Assembly (NCBI GenBank): GCA_000934665.2
Contig: JYFJ02002621.1
Span: forward strand, 1-64,000
Reading direction: 5' to 3'
Length of the DNA: 64,000 bases
Origin: Catajapyx aquilonaris
Taxonomy: Eukaryota
The position numbers and the translations under genes were made by a program. A model generated the notes under the pieces. The model made no database searches. It worked only from the letters and a program-made list of their open reading frames with translations, and had not been told where the DNA came from. Every line of letters starts with the position of its first letter. Position 1 is the first letter of the stretch. Below, piece after piece: positions 50,701 through 62,837 of this stretch.

Positions 50701-53166
50701 GATATGTTCACCCCAGCTGCAGACTTCAGTGGAATTTCTGGAAAACGTAACCTGCTGATATCAGAAGCAGTGCAGAAAGCATTCATTGAGGTGAATGAAG
50801 AAGGTGCTGAAGCTGCTGCTGCAACAGGTAAGCAGTCTCTTTATATGGGTTTTTGTTGTGCTTTTATTGGAGCTTCATTTCAAATGTGAATGTCAGCTTT
50901 ATAACAACATGCACGCACTCTTATTTAAAATTTCATTTACGTGCTTGCTTCTGTAGGTGCGGTACTTCGTGCCAGAAGAGCATTAGAAGATGTAATTGGC
51001 TTCAGAGCTGACCACCCATTTTTGTTTGCCTTAACACAAAAACATCCTCTGAGCGCACTATTGTTTGTGGGAGCTTTGATAAAGCCAACCTCTGAACCTG
51101 TTGTATCACTGCATGAAGAATTATGATTTGGTGTTTGTGTATGTTGAGGTTCAATGTGATGAGGTGTGCTACAAGGGCAAAAGGTGTCATCCAGCTGACT
51201 AACTTCCACTAACATAGGCCTATCAAATTATAATGCACTCTTTTGCATTCCTGTAGGTCTTGTTATGGTTGGATTTGCTCGGCCATCAGCACCCGACCTA
51301 GTTCACAATTTCAGAGCTGATCATCCATTTATATACACCATCCGTGAAGCACAGACCGGAACTGTCCTGTTTATGGGGGCATACCAGTCACCCAAATAAA
51401 ATTTGATCTAATTTGTAAAGTCAAAAATGACAGGACTAGTGGTTGACAAGCCAGTTGTGTACTTGTGTGACGTAACCTGGTGGATTAAGACGTACCACTT
51501 ATGCTGCATTATGCAGTGACATCAGAACAGTGCAATGGTGTCATAACAAAATGTTCCCCATATAATGTGCCTTTTGTCTCCTATGAAGCTTAGGCTACAG
51601 TTTATGTTGTAACTTGGAAAGGAATAAAAACAAATTCTGACAAATTTATGACAAACAAATTTGTGACTACCCCACAGGAGTGGTTATCACCAACAAAATG
51701 ATGGTGCTGCCCAAGGCTACCTTTAAAGCAGATCATCCATTTGCCTTCTTCATTTCTGATGCACTAACTCGGACAATTTTGTTTGGTGGAGTGATGGCAA
51801 AACCTTCCACAAACTAATAGGTATATGGATTCTCATCCTTCTTGTTACAGCACTAATCTTTGAGAATGCAATGTTTGGGAGTTCGCACAGTGTGTGCCAC
51901 TTTTCGAGTTTTTATGCGCACTGTATTTGTCATAATTCCATCTGCAGGTATAAGCTTCGAATTTCTGGTTGACATCCCAGTGCCTGCATTTGAGGCTGAC
52001 CATCCCTTTGCTTTTTTCATTCACTCAGCAGGGACCATCATATTTTCAGGCATATATGTAATGCCACCAGATGTATCAACATAAGTCTGAATATCATGAT
52101 TCCCATTAAAACTGGCTTTGAAGCTTGCCTTTAACAGCCTATGCATTCACATTTTGCTACCTTGCCTGCATCAATGTTATAAAGCCCTTTAATAGTGTAT
52201 CAAGAGTTGAATTTCAAAACTATCAGTTCACCCTTGTTCACATGTACACTAGTTGTTGAAAAAATTGCCTTGTACCCCCATGCAGGTGTGGGTGGAAGCA
52301 TGAGTGAGCGTGACTTGATTCATGCATGCTTCCATCCGTGCCTGTTTGGTTGGCTGCTTGGCACTGCCTGTGGGGGTACAAGGTAGTTTTATCCAGCACT
52401 GGACCACGGGCAGATTTACTGGTATATTCAGTAGGTGTATGTATTAGCAAGGTATTAGTGAATCTACCAGTTAGCTGTGCTGATCAGAAACTAATTTTAG
52501 CACCATTCAGATATACTGAACATGTTTTGAGATGCAAATCGTCAACTTTTATGTCCTCCTATTAGAATCTTTGGGAATAACTCAGGCATTATCATTTTCA
52601 GGTATTGTTATAGAAGCAGTTGCTTACTACCCACCACAATTGTTTGTGGCAGACCATCCATTTGCGTTCTTCATTCAAACTTCTGAGGCCATTCTGTTTG
52701 CTGGCACCTATGTAAACACACCTTCTAGCATGTAATGGGTTGTAAGTTAATTCATTGACTGTTCCTATGCAATAGTGACTGCTCTTCAATAAAATTTCAT
52801 TTCACAATGGATTTCTTAAACTGCCCTGAAGTCACATGTACTATGTTTTACGTTTCTTTTTTTGTGACAATCCCTCTGTTGAACTAACAGTGTCTTCTCT
52901 ACTAACATTTGCACCATCACGCACACATAAATCCAATGACGCCATGCTGAGCACATAACAGAAGGAATGCTTAAAACGCTTTCAGCACATATATATTCAG
53001 AATTAACACATGCTGTCAAACTCCTGTAGGTATTTCAATGATGCGTTCTTTGCAAGAGGAATTCACTTTCTTTGGGAACCACCCATTCATATTTGCAATA
53101 CAATTACACACAAGCAACACCACCCCTATACTATATTTGGCAGCATTCCTGAGACCTCAGAGTTAA
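47719..53166 (+). CDS. Serpin H (Spn42Da/SRPN10/serpin-1-like) with alternative terminal RCL exons
   Basis: Common exons: leader 47719-47737 (or 47833-47857), 47918-48015, 48077-48262, 48325-48535, 48811-49028, 50421-50609, 50689-50827 (ends [11 protein letters not shown]|gt, phase 1). Six phase-1 terminal exons follow. Confidence 0.93.
49190..49527. mobile_element. foldback MITE (~150-bp inverted arms) in a serpin H intron
   Basis: ggtgctcacttgagagcgccatgagacatttcagtctc...gggaagcgctacat is mirrored by atgtagcgcttccc...gagactgaaatgtctcatggcgctctcaggtgagcacc. Confidence 0.8.
50290..50369 (-). mobile_element. tRNA-derived SINE head fragment
   Basis: Minus strand reads GGCACAGTGGTCTAGTGGTTA...GGGGATCAAATCCTGCC (A/B-box-like). 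Confidence 0.45.
50957..51126 (+). CDS. Serpin H alternative RCL exon 1 (GAVLRARR|A ... HEEL*), proprotein convertase inhibitor type
   Basis: ctgtag acceptor, phase 1, FRADHPFLF, stop at 51126. Confidence 0.92.
51257..51399 (+). CDS. Serpin H alternative RCL exon 2 ([11 protein letters not shown]..., P1 Phe)
   Basis: cctgtag acceptor; [35 protein letters not shown] overlaps the stop. Confidence 0.9.
51678..51817 (+). CDS. Serpin H alternative RCL exon 3 (GVVITNK|MM..., P1 Lys)
   Basis: ccacag acceptor; [31 protein letters not shown]. Confidence 0.9.
51948..52084 (+). CDS. Serpin H alternative RCL exon 4 (GISFEFL|VD..., P1 Leu)
   Basis: tctgcag acceptor; [33 protein letters not shown] at 52105. 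Confidence 0.9.
52286..52386 (+). pseudogene. possible degenerate alternative RCL exon of serpin H
   Basis: catgcag|GT acceptor at the expected spacing. [23 protein letters not shown] resembles a decayed ADHPFLF; early stop. Confidence 0.35.
52602..52735 (+). CDS. Serpin H alternative RCL exon 5 (GIVIEAV|AY..., P1 Val)
   Basis: ttttcag acceptor; [33 protein letters not shown] at 52788. Confidence 0.9.
53030..53166 (+). CDS. Serpin H alternative RCL exon 6 (GISMMR|SL..., P1 probably Arg, short loop)
   Basis: cctgtag acceptor; [38 protein letters not shown] at 53479. Confidence 0.85.
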
Positions 53167-53674
53167 AACTGATACTTGGAAAAATAATGGAAAACTATAT
53201 TCACCATCACAATGCTCATCATTCATCATAAGAAATTCAACACATCTATAGTTATAACTGTCTGAAGAAATACTACCTAAGGAGCAAACATGTGGGCTGT
53301 GGCCAAGACTGTATATTTCTTTAATAGTAATCCGGCCTTGTATAGTGCCAATCACATCATCAAAAAATTAGCTCTGCATTACTACACAAATGCAGAAATT
53401 ATGTTGAGTAGCTATTGCAATGTTATTTCGGTGTCTTAACACATTTGAAAGCAAAAACTACTGTTGTATGCAACAAAGAATAAAAGCTGTTATATTTGTC
53501 AGTATTATTGCAATTTAGTGTTCTTGAATAACCAATTTATTATGGACTGGTTGCATGATCAAGAGTACATCCAGAACAAGTGATTAATCATGTGACTTAA
53601 CATCACCACATCAACCACATGGTCCAAAGTGGCAATAACAAGCAAGAGCATGCTGCAGCGAGTTATGGTATACT

Positions 53675-54024
53675 CAGGGCTGGCCCTAGGTGAGTGCGGG
53701 GCCTAGGGCAAGAACTAAATGCGGGGCCTATTCTCAGTGAGTGAATTTCTGTACAACACGAATTGCGTATCCAAAATTATTTGTTGGCTGGCTTTCTATA
53801 ATAACGTACAACTGAGGGGCGTAGACAGAAAATTTTAGGGTGCGGGCCCATAAGCAGTAGACGGAGGGGAGCAAGCCCGCCGCAGGCGAAATTTTTTTGG
53901 AGTTCAAGGTCACACGAGCTTAGTTGAATGTAGTAGATTTGAATGGGTGTGTATTGATGAAATACTCGTTCAAAATGTCACTAACTCTTGACTTATTTTA
54001 TGAGCTCTCTCTCCCTCTCTCCCT

Positions 54025-54055
<31 letters not shown>

Positions 54056-54126
54056 GGCGCGGGGCCCCCCAGAAGAGCGGGGCTCCGGGCGGTCGCCCGG
54101 ACTGCCCACCCCTAAGGCCGGCTCTG
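53675..54126. mobile_element. hAT-like MITE with perfect 8-bp TSD
   Basis: ggtatact|CAGGGCTGGCCCTAGG...CCTAAGGCCGGCTCTG|ggtatact; internal (CT)n. Confidence 0.85.
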
Positions 54127-55056
54127 GGTATACTACTTTCAGTTAGATGCATTACACTCACAAAATGGTGACCTATGGCCAACCCATGGACCATAGAAAA
54201 TCGTATGAATTTTTAGTAAATAATTAAGTTATTAACCCCTTCGCTACCAGATAGGCCCGAACCACGTAGATTTTGGATTACGCGTACTCCGAAGATACGG
54301 ACAAGGTATTTTACAAATAATAACATCTATACTTATCACGTTCAGGGAAAACACTATGAATGTGTCTGGAACAATTTTACTCGTCTAGAAGTCCCAAAAT
54401 TAATTTCAAAAAAAAAGGCTATAAAAACTGTAAATCTGAGTAGGCCTACTGCCGACCAACTGTTAGGCTGATTTAATTATGAAATGCGTGATAATATGAG
54501 GAATTACAACCTTGAGAACCATGCCAGACGAATTTTCTGAACTCGTCGTACTTTGCGAGAAATTTACGCCTGCGGCGGGCTCGCTCCCCGCCCTTTGCGG
54601 CTCCTTCACCTAGTGCTTATGGAAACCCCCCCGTGATTTTTTTTTCTGTTTACTCCCCTGATTGAACTATTGATGAACAATGGGCCGGTTTTAAGACCCA
54701 GGTGTGTACAGCTGTGATTTTTTTCCAGCAAAATCCGAGATGATCTAGCAACATTTAGGCCCACTGATTGGGAAAAACCCCTATATTTGAGAATTTTTGT
54801 TTTTGACTGCCCCGAGGTCAAAAACAAATTGCAGACAAAATGAATGGTCATTATGAGTTACCAGTGACCTAAGGAACACGAAAATGGCGATGAATTCCCA
54901 TGAACAGAAAAAAAGTTGATTTTTGTTGCATAGTGTAGTTAACCATTAATAAATAACCATGCAAGAGTAACTTCTTAATAACTAATAACCAGCTGATACA
55001 AAAAAAATCACAACAATCTGACAAGTATTTCGAATCACCCTCTCCATTGTAGTGTA

Positions 55057-55353
55057 ATAATTTGTACCCCGTGCTAGAGCCATGGGCCCTCTTAGGGGGG
55101 TGGGATACCACCATATTTTTTTTTTTATCTGGAACTCTTGCTTTCGTTTTTACTTCTCGTATATGGGGACGGGATAGAGACGGAAGGAAGCGGCTGTCGC
55201 CTATAATTACGGACACGACCCCGGAATTTTCCTGGGGAGACCATGGGAAACCACAGAAAACCACGGTCAGGGTCGGCGGCCACCGGGATTCGAACCCAGG
55301 ACCTCCCGATTAGCAGTCGGATACCATATCCCCTCCTCTTCCACTGCTTCGGT
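55057..55353 (-). mobile_element. tRNA-derived SINE
   Basis: B-box GGTTCGAATCCC and a central GGTTTTCTGTGGTTTCCC motif. 17-bp TSD ctctccattgtagtgta at 55040-55056 and 55354-55370. The tail motif is shared with the SINE at 13319. Confidence 0.85.
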
Positions 55354-56033
55354 CTCTCCATTGTAGTGTATATTTACGTATAGTTTCAGTATAACTCGCA
55401 ATGTAATATTAATTAACTGAGATGTGAGCAGATGTGCAATGCGATGTAACACATGTTCAAAAATTTTACGTAATTTTGACTATGGTAGTACTTGTGACCT
55501 ATTGAACCTAAAGACCTCAAAATTCGGGTTCTTTATGTGGCCAGAGGACACTGAGCACTTTCATCAAAATAAAAAATAGGGTGTTATCTATATAAAAAAC
55601 TTGGTCCAATCTGCCCAGGAATTATCCAAGAAAGACTTGCCTCAATGAACAGTACTACATTTCCTCTCAGAATGTCTCCTTACAATTTATGAAACGTGTC
55701 AAATTAACTTGGGGTTAGTTCAGTTCGTTTGTTGTTCTGTTCATTAATTTGTACTATGAATTTTTTGTATTCCTTTGTGCCACAATATCATCCTGTAACA
55801 CCTCACATTCTCCGCATAATTTCGGACATTATGAAATACTGTTAAAGTGTTAATGGATCCATGAAAAAAAAACTTGTACATAATTCACCAGTTTTATTGA
55901 AATTGGCATTATAACATACATAGTATCAATTCCGCATATTAAGCAGCTTGTTCTCCAAGCCAGGTTTTATTTTCAAAGGAAGACGCGTTTTTAATGAGCG
56001 CACTGAACAGTATACGTAAATGCTGAAGGTCGT

Positions 56034-56043
56034 GGGAATTTCC
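56034..56043. promoter_or_regulatory. candidate NF-kB (Rel) site upstream of serpin I
   Basis: GGGAATTTCC matches the GGGRNWYYCC consensus, ~540 bp upstream of the ATG. Confidence 0.3.
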
Positions 56044-56585
56044 CTGACGCAAAAAACTAATAGATGGAGGGAAAAAAAACTGCAAGGAACAGGTTTTGTA
56101 CCTTCGCAGTTGCCTTGCTACTGTCATTCGTTCTAAAAGCAAAGTCAATTAATGGCCCGCGCATTTCCGGTACACTACGCATTATAACAAGGTCTTTATA
56201 AGCAAAGACACTGCCACAAGAGTGTCTACACATTCAGCTAGAAATTGCCGACTTCCTCAGGTATGACTGATGCAAACCGCGCCTTTTCTGGTACCACTTC
56301 CTTCCTCTGACCATTTCCTCAGTGGATACGGAAGTGGCTTTTTTTTTTAAATATATAGAAGTTGATAACAAGTGCCAAGGTGGTCAGCAACTGGAAAGTC
56401 CCACTACTCGATCCATTTCTGAACCCCATTTGAAAACCCGAATAACCTGAGACGACGTGGCAACCTCGACCACTGGCCTTCTTCCTCGCAGCGGCGCCTG
56501 AATCGCAAGTTTGTCCACTTGCTCACGATCATCGTGTACGTCTTCAGTGCACCACAGTGCTTGGGGGGATCAACGTCATTCCATC

Positions 56586-59500
56586 ATGGCAGGTGAGAAA
56601 TTTCACGCCTTTTCCAACCCTTCCGGAAAAACTGTACATTTTGTAGCTGGTTCCTTTCGCATACAATTTGACTGAATTCGCACGAGAGCAGCTTATATGC
56701 CCTTGGTGTTTATGTAGATATTAATTATGATCAGTGAAGCCTTAATCTGTAATATGCAGTACTATTAACGCAAATGCGTCATTCACGTCGGTTTACTAAT
56801 TTGGGCCGTATATTTACTTTTGGTCAAATGCAAGTGATTGGCACCGATTATTATAGGAGAATGACAGCAGTCGAGTGAACTGTGCAGTGTTTGTTGAAAT
56901 TAACTTCGGTGTTTATGAAATTCGAATTATGCAAAACTATGCTGCAGCAAAATGACCTCGCTGAATAAAATAACCATTTATTTTCCAGTCACATCGATAG
57001 TGACATGTCTCCTGATAACATATGCATTTCCGATGTGCGTGCACAGCCAGCGTTCAAGAGCACCAGAACATCCGAGAGCCGACAGTTTCAGGGACACAGT
57101 CACTGCCAATGACAAAATCGGCCTCAAGCTACTGCAAGTACGTTCATTCCACATACATAAAAAAGGATGTCTAAGAGGCTGTGTCATTTCCATAAATGTG
57201 CCTCATGATTCCCAGATTATCGCACATATCTAACGGCTCTATTACCCATCGGGGAGTCCCCTTACCGATGCGTGGCAGTGCCAAGAGTTCTTCGTGTGGC
57301 CCCCGGGGGCTTCTTTCTTCAGCCTGTTTTTCAGTTGCTACACAGCTCTACATAAATTATGGGTCAACTTCTTACATCCCGAAGGCTTCGTTAATTCTTG
57401 CTTCGCAGAAGAGACCTACGTAGTTTTGTTTGGGAATGGAAAACCACAGTTTTAGGAATCGATTTCAAGGGGTTGTGATGTCCTTGACATGATCTGGTGT
57501 AAACTGGTCATTTCTGGGACATACGAAGGAAAATTATGGGGTGGCGCGCTATTCAAAGGAGAGACAAACCCAACCTGGCAACTTATACGATCTTGTTTCA
57601 TTTTATTGTATTAATGATGTAACTACAGGGTTTTCAAATGGTTTGGGTTAGAGTTTATATGAGCTATTTTATCTCAAAACGGAAGACAGGGTGATCGAAA
57701 AATAATGCGCTTATTTGAAAACCCTATAACTCAAAAACTTGTAGACATATCTTAATGATTTAAGTTTTGAAATGCTAAGAAAGGCCTAAAGTCTTGGTCC
57801 TACCATAGTTTGTTTCGATATGAGCTCCATTTATCGATCGGCAGATTTAAAAAGACTATATTCAGTCTCGTGCTCAACCCGCTCAATCATATCTGGAGTT
57901 ACCACTGCAATCCTATATCCCATAGGTGCTGGATATCTCGGATCTTTACACCACACGCATTGTTCTTGACGATTCAAATAAAAAGTCGCCTCATCCATGA
58001 AACAAACCTGCCGTAGAAAAGTTTCATTTGTTCAGCCTCCCAGTATGCGAAGTCTTGAATGAGAAATTTCCCCATGCCTAGCTCCCTCAGAAACCCAGAT
58101 CCTACTCCAATGAACTTTTTTGTAGAGATACATGTATGGTGAAAAGATTCGGGATCTCCATCACCTATGCATGGGATAGTATCACAATGGTGACTCCAGA
58201 CATGTCTGAGTGGGTCAGGCACTACACCGAATCACCGATTACCGTAATTACGTTTTTTTGAGCGACAAATGGAGCTCATTTCGAAACGAACTAAGGTGAG
58301 ACCAAAACTATAGACATTTCTTAGCATTTCAAAACTTAAATCATTTAGATAGGTCTACCAAGTTTATGAGTTACAGGGTTTTCAAATACGCGCATTCTTT
58401 TTCGGTCACCCTGTATATCTTGATACCTACTCGTCTCAACGGGCATTTCAATCCACCAGTCCTCGTACTATGACGTTGCTATTAAAAATCAGGTTCTTGC
58501 CAGCGTGTTTTAACTAACTGGTTTCATATGAATATGCAGGAAAGGGCCCGATTTGACAACTGGCCTTTACTTTATAGAAGTTGGGCAAGCCATGCAAGAT
58601 GATCAGGTCGTCCACCCACATTATTTATGAAAACCCCAGGTATTCAACATGTATGTATGTATGGGTTGGGAGGGGGTAGATAATTATATTTCAATGGCTC
58701 AAGTATATCTCTCAAGTAGTGGTATTAATTTTGCGAATATTCTCGTTCGGTTCTCGCGTGACAAAGTTGGATAGGCCTGAATGAATAATTTGTTCATATA
58801 CAGGAATATTTCCGTGCATGTTTCGATGGGCTTCCAGTGTAATCTAATCGAGCTCTAATAATGACGATCACGTCGACATAAAGATGTGCTGTTTCCTGCA
58901 CTTCAGACATCATCACGAAAGCGATAAGCATTTATTGGAAGTCGTCTCTTGTGGAGTAGGCCTATGTATTTGCAAAATCGTCAGTTCATCAATCGTTTTT
59001 TTTTCCTTCTTCAAAAGTTAACATTAATGAAGTGTCATTGTATTTTTGCTTTAAAAGTGCAACATGTCAGCACCCTACTGAAATATTACAATCAGTTATG
59101 TTGATAATTACATCGGCGCATGTGTTTCGAAATATGCAAATTAATGTGGACTGACGGAAATTCTCAATTTTCACATCCATTTTCCTGCTTATGTATCACA
59201 TCGCGCGGGGCAAATTTATGACGTCATTCACCATGCTCGTGACGTCAAGGCGCCAAACTGAACGTCCTACTGCCGCAACTTGACGTCATTGGATTCACGA
59301 ACTTTTATAAATCAAATCGCATGAGTTGCATATTGATTTTGGTAAATATGCCAGTTTTGTCTCGTGTGTGATGACGTGCAAAATCAATATTAATTAGTTC
59401 CTTTATTTTCACATAATCAGGCTCAGTAGGAAATGTCAACGTCGGGTTATCTATCAGCACAATTTTACGAACCATTATTAGTATGTAGTGGTTCATCAGA

Positions 59501-62500
59501 AGGTTGTGAGAACTGCTCAAGGCCAATGGGGTGCATGAGACATGCAAATTTTCTGGGTAAAAACACACCTGTCTTAGACATGAAAGGGAAGACTTGCATT
59601 AGGGGGCGCTTTGGAATGAATCAGCCTCTATAAGCAGAAAACAAAAATACTGCAAACATTATATGTACATCAACAAGTATGCATTTAAATTTGAAAATAA
59701 TTCCTCCTTCATTATTATCAATACCAACAATATGCTTCTACTCCAGCCTGAGTAATACAGTATACAGTACAAGGCTGGTAACCTTTCTAGGGGGAGTCCC
59801 CAGACCCTCTGTTGTCTCAGTTTCATGAAAATTTCCCTACTCTGGTCTCTGGGTAATAAGGTTGGAAAAAAGGAAATGCTTGGTCGAGTTTGTGACCTCC
59901 TGAGAAATAGGCTTATGCCTAATCCACCAGAGTGCTCTAGTATGCCCTGCTAACAAATCATATTACATCACCTAGCATTACACTTAACACTGTTATCAGG
60001 GGGTACTGATAAATTTATTATTTTTCAGGCTTTTTCAAAGCAGAAACGGACAGAAAACATTGTCTTCTCGCCTGCCAGTGTCAACTTGGCTACAGCCATG
60101 CTAGCTGAAGGGGCTAGGGGAAGAACTGCTGAACAACTGCACTCCTTCTTGGAGCTCCAGAAGGACAGCCGGGACTATGGATACAAGAAAATGTCTGGTG
60201 TGTTGGTATGTATACAATTGGCATTACTTGGCAGCATGGCACAAAACCATATAGATGTGTACCATTACAGAGATCACCAAGCAAGCACAACAAGATCAAG
60301 TCAGCCAATGCACTATTTGTAACTGCAGACATACCAATAGATGGTGTTTACAAGGACAGAACAGCCGATATATTTCAGTCTGAAATAAATAACATTGATT
60401 TTGGTGACACACAGCGAGCAGCCAAGAAAATTAATGACTGGGTAGCGCGCGTGACTGAAAATACTATTGAGCAGCTTGTTACGCCACGTAAGTTTCACAT
60501 ATAAGTGAGTTCCAAGTAGTTCTAGTTGTGTTGATGTTGATACCCAAGGTTGACTACAAGCATTGCATGAATAACACACTAATCAAGTATATATAAGGCC
60601 CCTCTCTGAGGAGGAGGATATAGGATGATATAGGAGGAGGGTGGAAAAGATTTCGCACTTCCCGGCGTCTCAGATGTCTCAGAGTAACACCGTTGGATTC
60701 CTTGTCCCAGAATTACCAATGACAAAAATCCTCATAATTGCGAACAGCCGTTTTCGAGATAGCCAAAAGTCGATTTTTCGGCTATAATATCAATATACTC
60801 GCTTTGCGAGGGGGGGGGGGNGGGGGGGGGGGGGGGGGGGCTCGCAAAGCGAGTATATTGATATAGCTTCAAGTGTGATCTAAGAAATATTCTCCATGAT
60901 ATACTATAGCATTATATTAGCCAATCCAACTTAAGATGCTGTTTTGTATTTCATATCATCATCATCATCATTAATAATAATAATAATAATAATAATATGC
61001 AGGGTATTATTCTCCAGGAACTATTTCCTCCACTTAATACTAGTTTTAATGATAATCCATGTTCTGCATTTTAATAAACAGGAACAACACATTCTGAGAA
61101 AGTACAAAAAATTATAGGGTAAATTGTCACAATTTTAAATAATTGTGCTTTGTGAAATTTTCTTTGCCTAGTTTACTGTCAGACATTTCTAGACGCATGC
61201 CAACTGGATGTGTGGTGGGCAAATCAGTAGTAAGAAGTATTATCTTTATGATGTAGCTATGCCTTAACTGCATCTGTTGCCTGTGACAAAAAAAAAAATT
61301 GCACTTATCGACAAAAACTCTAATGCTTATTTTACATAATATCATACCCACAAAATTTCAGCTAATGGCTGCACTTAAGGTACTCGCTACTTGAAAAACA
61401 AAAGAGATAACATGCAACATCATAGCCAAATCAAGTGTACTTAACTTGATTGTTATTCTCTTTGCACAGTAAGAGTCCTTTCATACTGTATATTGAATGT
61501 AGTGCAGGTAATTCTCAAACATTAGTAATTTTCACACTGTGGGAAAAAAACATTTAAGGTAATTTGATATTCTTTAACAAAATTACTTAGTTGAGAATTT
61601 AGGGCCAGTTGTATGACTGCAAAATAATGAGAATTTCTGATTTAGTATTGTGAATATACATGCATACAATTTGAGATTTTCCTCAATTTGTGTTCATACC
61701 AATCAAATTCACAACACATATTCTGATATAATCATAGATTTCCTCCTTAGGACTTTCCCTTAATAAGCAAAATGTAAAATTTTCAGATGCATTGTCTCCT
61801 GACACCCGAATGGTAATCAGCAATGCTGTATACTTCAAGGGGAAATGGAAACACCCATTTCCTCCTACATTCACAAAGCGAGATGTATTCACAACTGAGA
61901 AGGGGGAAGAGGCAGCCTACATGATGCGCATACAGGGCTATTTCTCTTACAAGAAATTTGACCCACTTGACTGTGCTATCTTGGAGTTGCCTTATGCTGT
62001 GAGATTTGCTTGCTTTTCTTGCCATTCAGAGCATGGATTCTCGGGAGAGATGTTAATTTTATCTAGCTCCATTGTGCAAAAAGAGTAATTAAAAAGTCAA
62101 TGAAAAAATCATAGCGTTTTCACACTTCACTACAGGAAATAATTATGTTTGATCTGTTAGATATAAATTTCCCGAGATTCCAGCCATAATTATTCCCTTG
62201 CCTTTTAACTAATATTCAAATGCTTGGAATTTGATTTGCAGGATGGGGAATATGTTATGAACATCATCCTCCCCAACGGAGTTGTCAATATGGCCCAATT
62301 TACAGAGAAACTGAGCAATTTCAATTTGGCAGAGTTGCTGTCTCGTGGAAAACTTACGGAAGTGGAAGTCACTTTGCCAAGATTTAACATAGAGATGGCA
62401 CAAAGTCTCACTGGGATTTTCAAGCAGGTAAATACTCAGAATAAAGCCTCATTGCTTTAGAAGGAAACTGACAGGATAGGCAGAATTGTAGACATTGATC

Positions 62501-62837
62501 AATTATTCTCCTTTTTCAGATGAACATAAAGGATGTGTTTGGTGGCCAGTCTGACCTCTCTGGCATAAGTGGGCCAACTCACAGGTTGTCTGTGTCTGAG
62601 TTCTTCCATAAGGCTGTGATCCAAGTGTCTGAAGAAGGGACTGTGGCTGCTGCAGCTACTGGAGTTTACATCATTCCTTTAACAGGATTCCTGAGTCCCG
62701 ACAGGTTCAGGGCTGAGCGTCCCTTCATCTACTGCATCAGACACTATTCCAGTAACCTCCTTATCTTCATGGGCCAAGTTGCTAATCCTGGTCTAGTGGG
62801 ATCTCCAGTTCCACAGGTATACTATTCTTATCATTAG
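56586..62837 (+). CDS. Serpin I, secreted, predicted inhibitory (RCL EEGTVAAAATGVYIIPL|T, P1 Leu)
   Basis: Exons 56586-56592, 56989-57137, 60029-60205, 60271-60487, 61787-61998, 62242-62427, 62520-62837. Motifs VFSPASV, NAVYFKGKW, FRAERPF. An alternative unspliced ATG exists at 56952. Confidence 0.92.
57688..58413. mobile_element. Tc1/mariner-type foldback MITE in a serpin I intron
   Basis: CAGGGTGATCGAAAAATAATGCGCTTATTTGAAAACCCT... and ...AGGGTTTTCAAATACGCGCATTCTTTTTCGGTCACCCTG|TA; long imperfect inverted arms. Confidence 0.85.

Noticed and set aside
53328..53430. Possible further RCL exon (LYSANHII...)
   Set aside because: Out of frame with the acceptor, lacks the HPF core, and could easily be chance.
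54232..54440. ttaaccc-starting repeat similar to 63214-63500
   Set aside because: Probably fragments of a TTAA-targeting MITE family, but no matching second terminus could be defined.
55270..55350. tRNA-like sequence
   Set aside because: It is the head of a SINE with body, tail and TSD, not a tRNA gene.
60787..60864. 24-bp inverted arms around a poly-G run containing N
   Set aside because: Poly-G/C with Ns (also at ~1286-1305 and ~3333-3363) looks like a sequencing or gap artefact, so the true structure is unknown.
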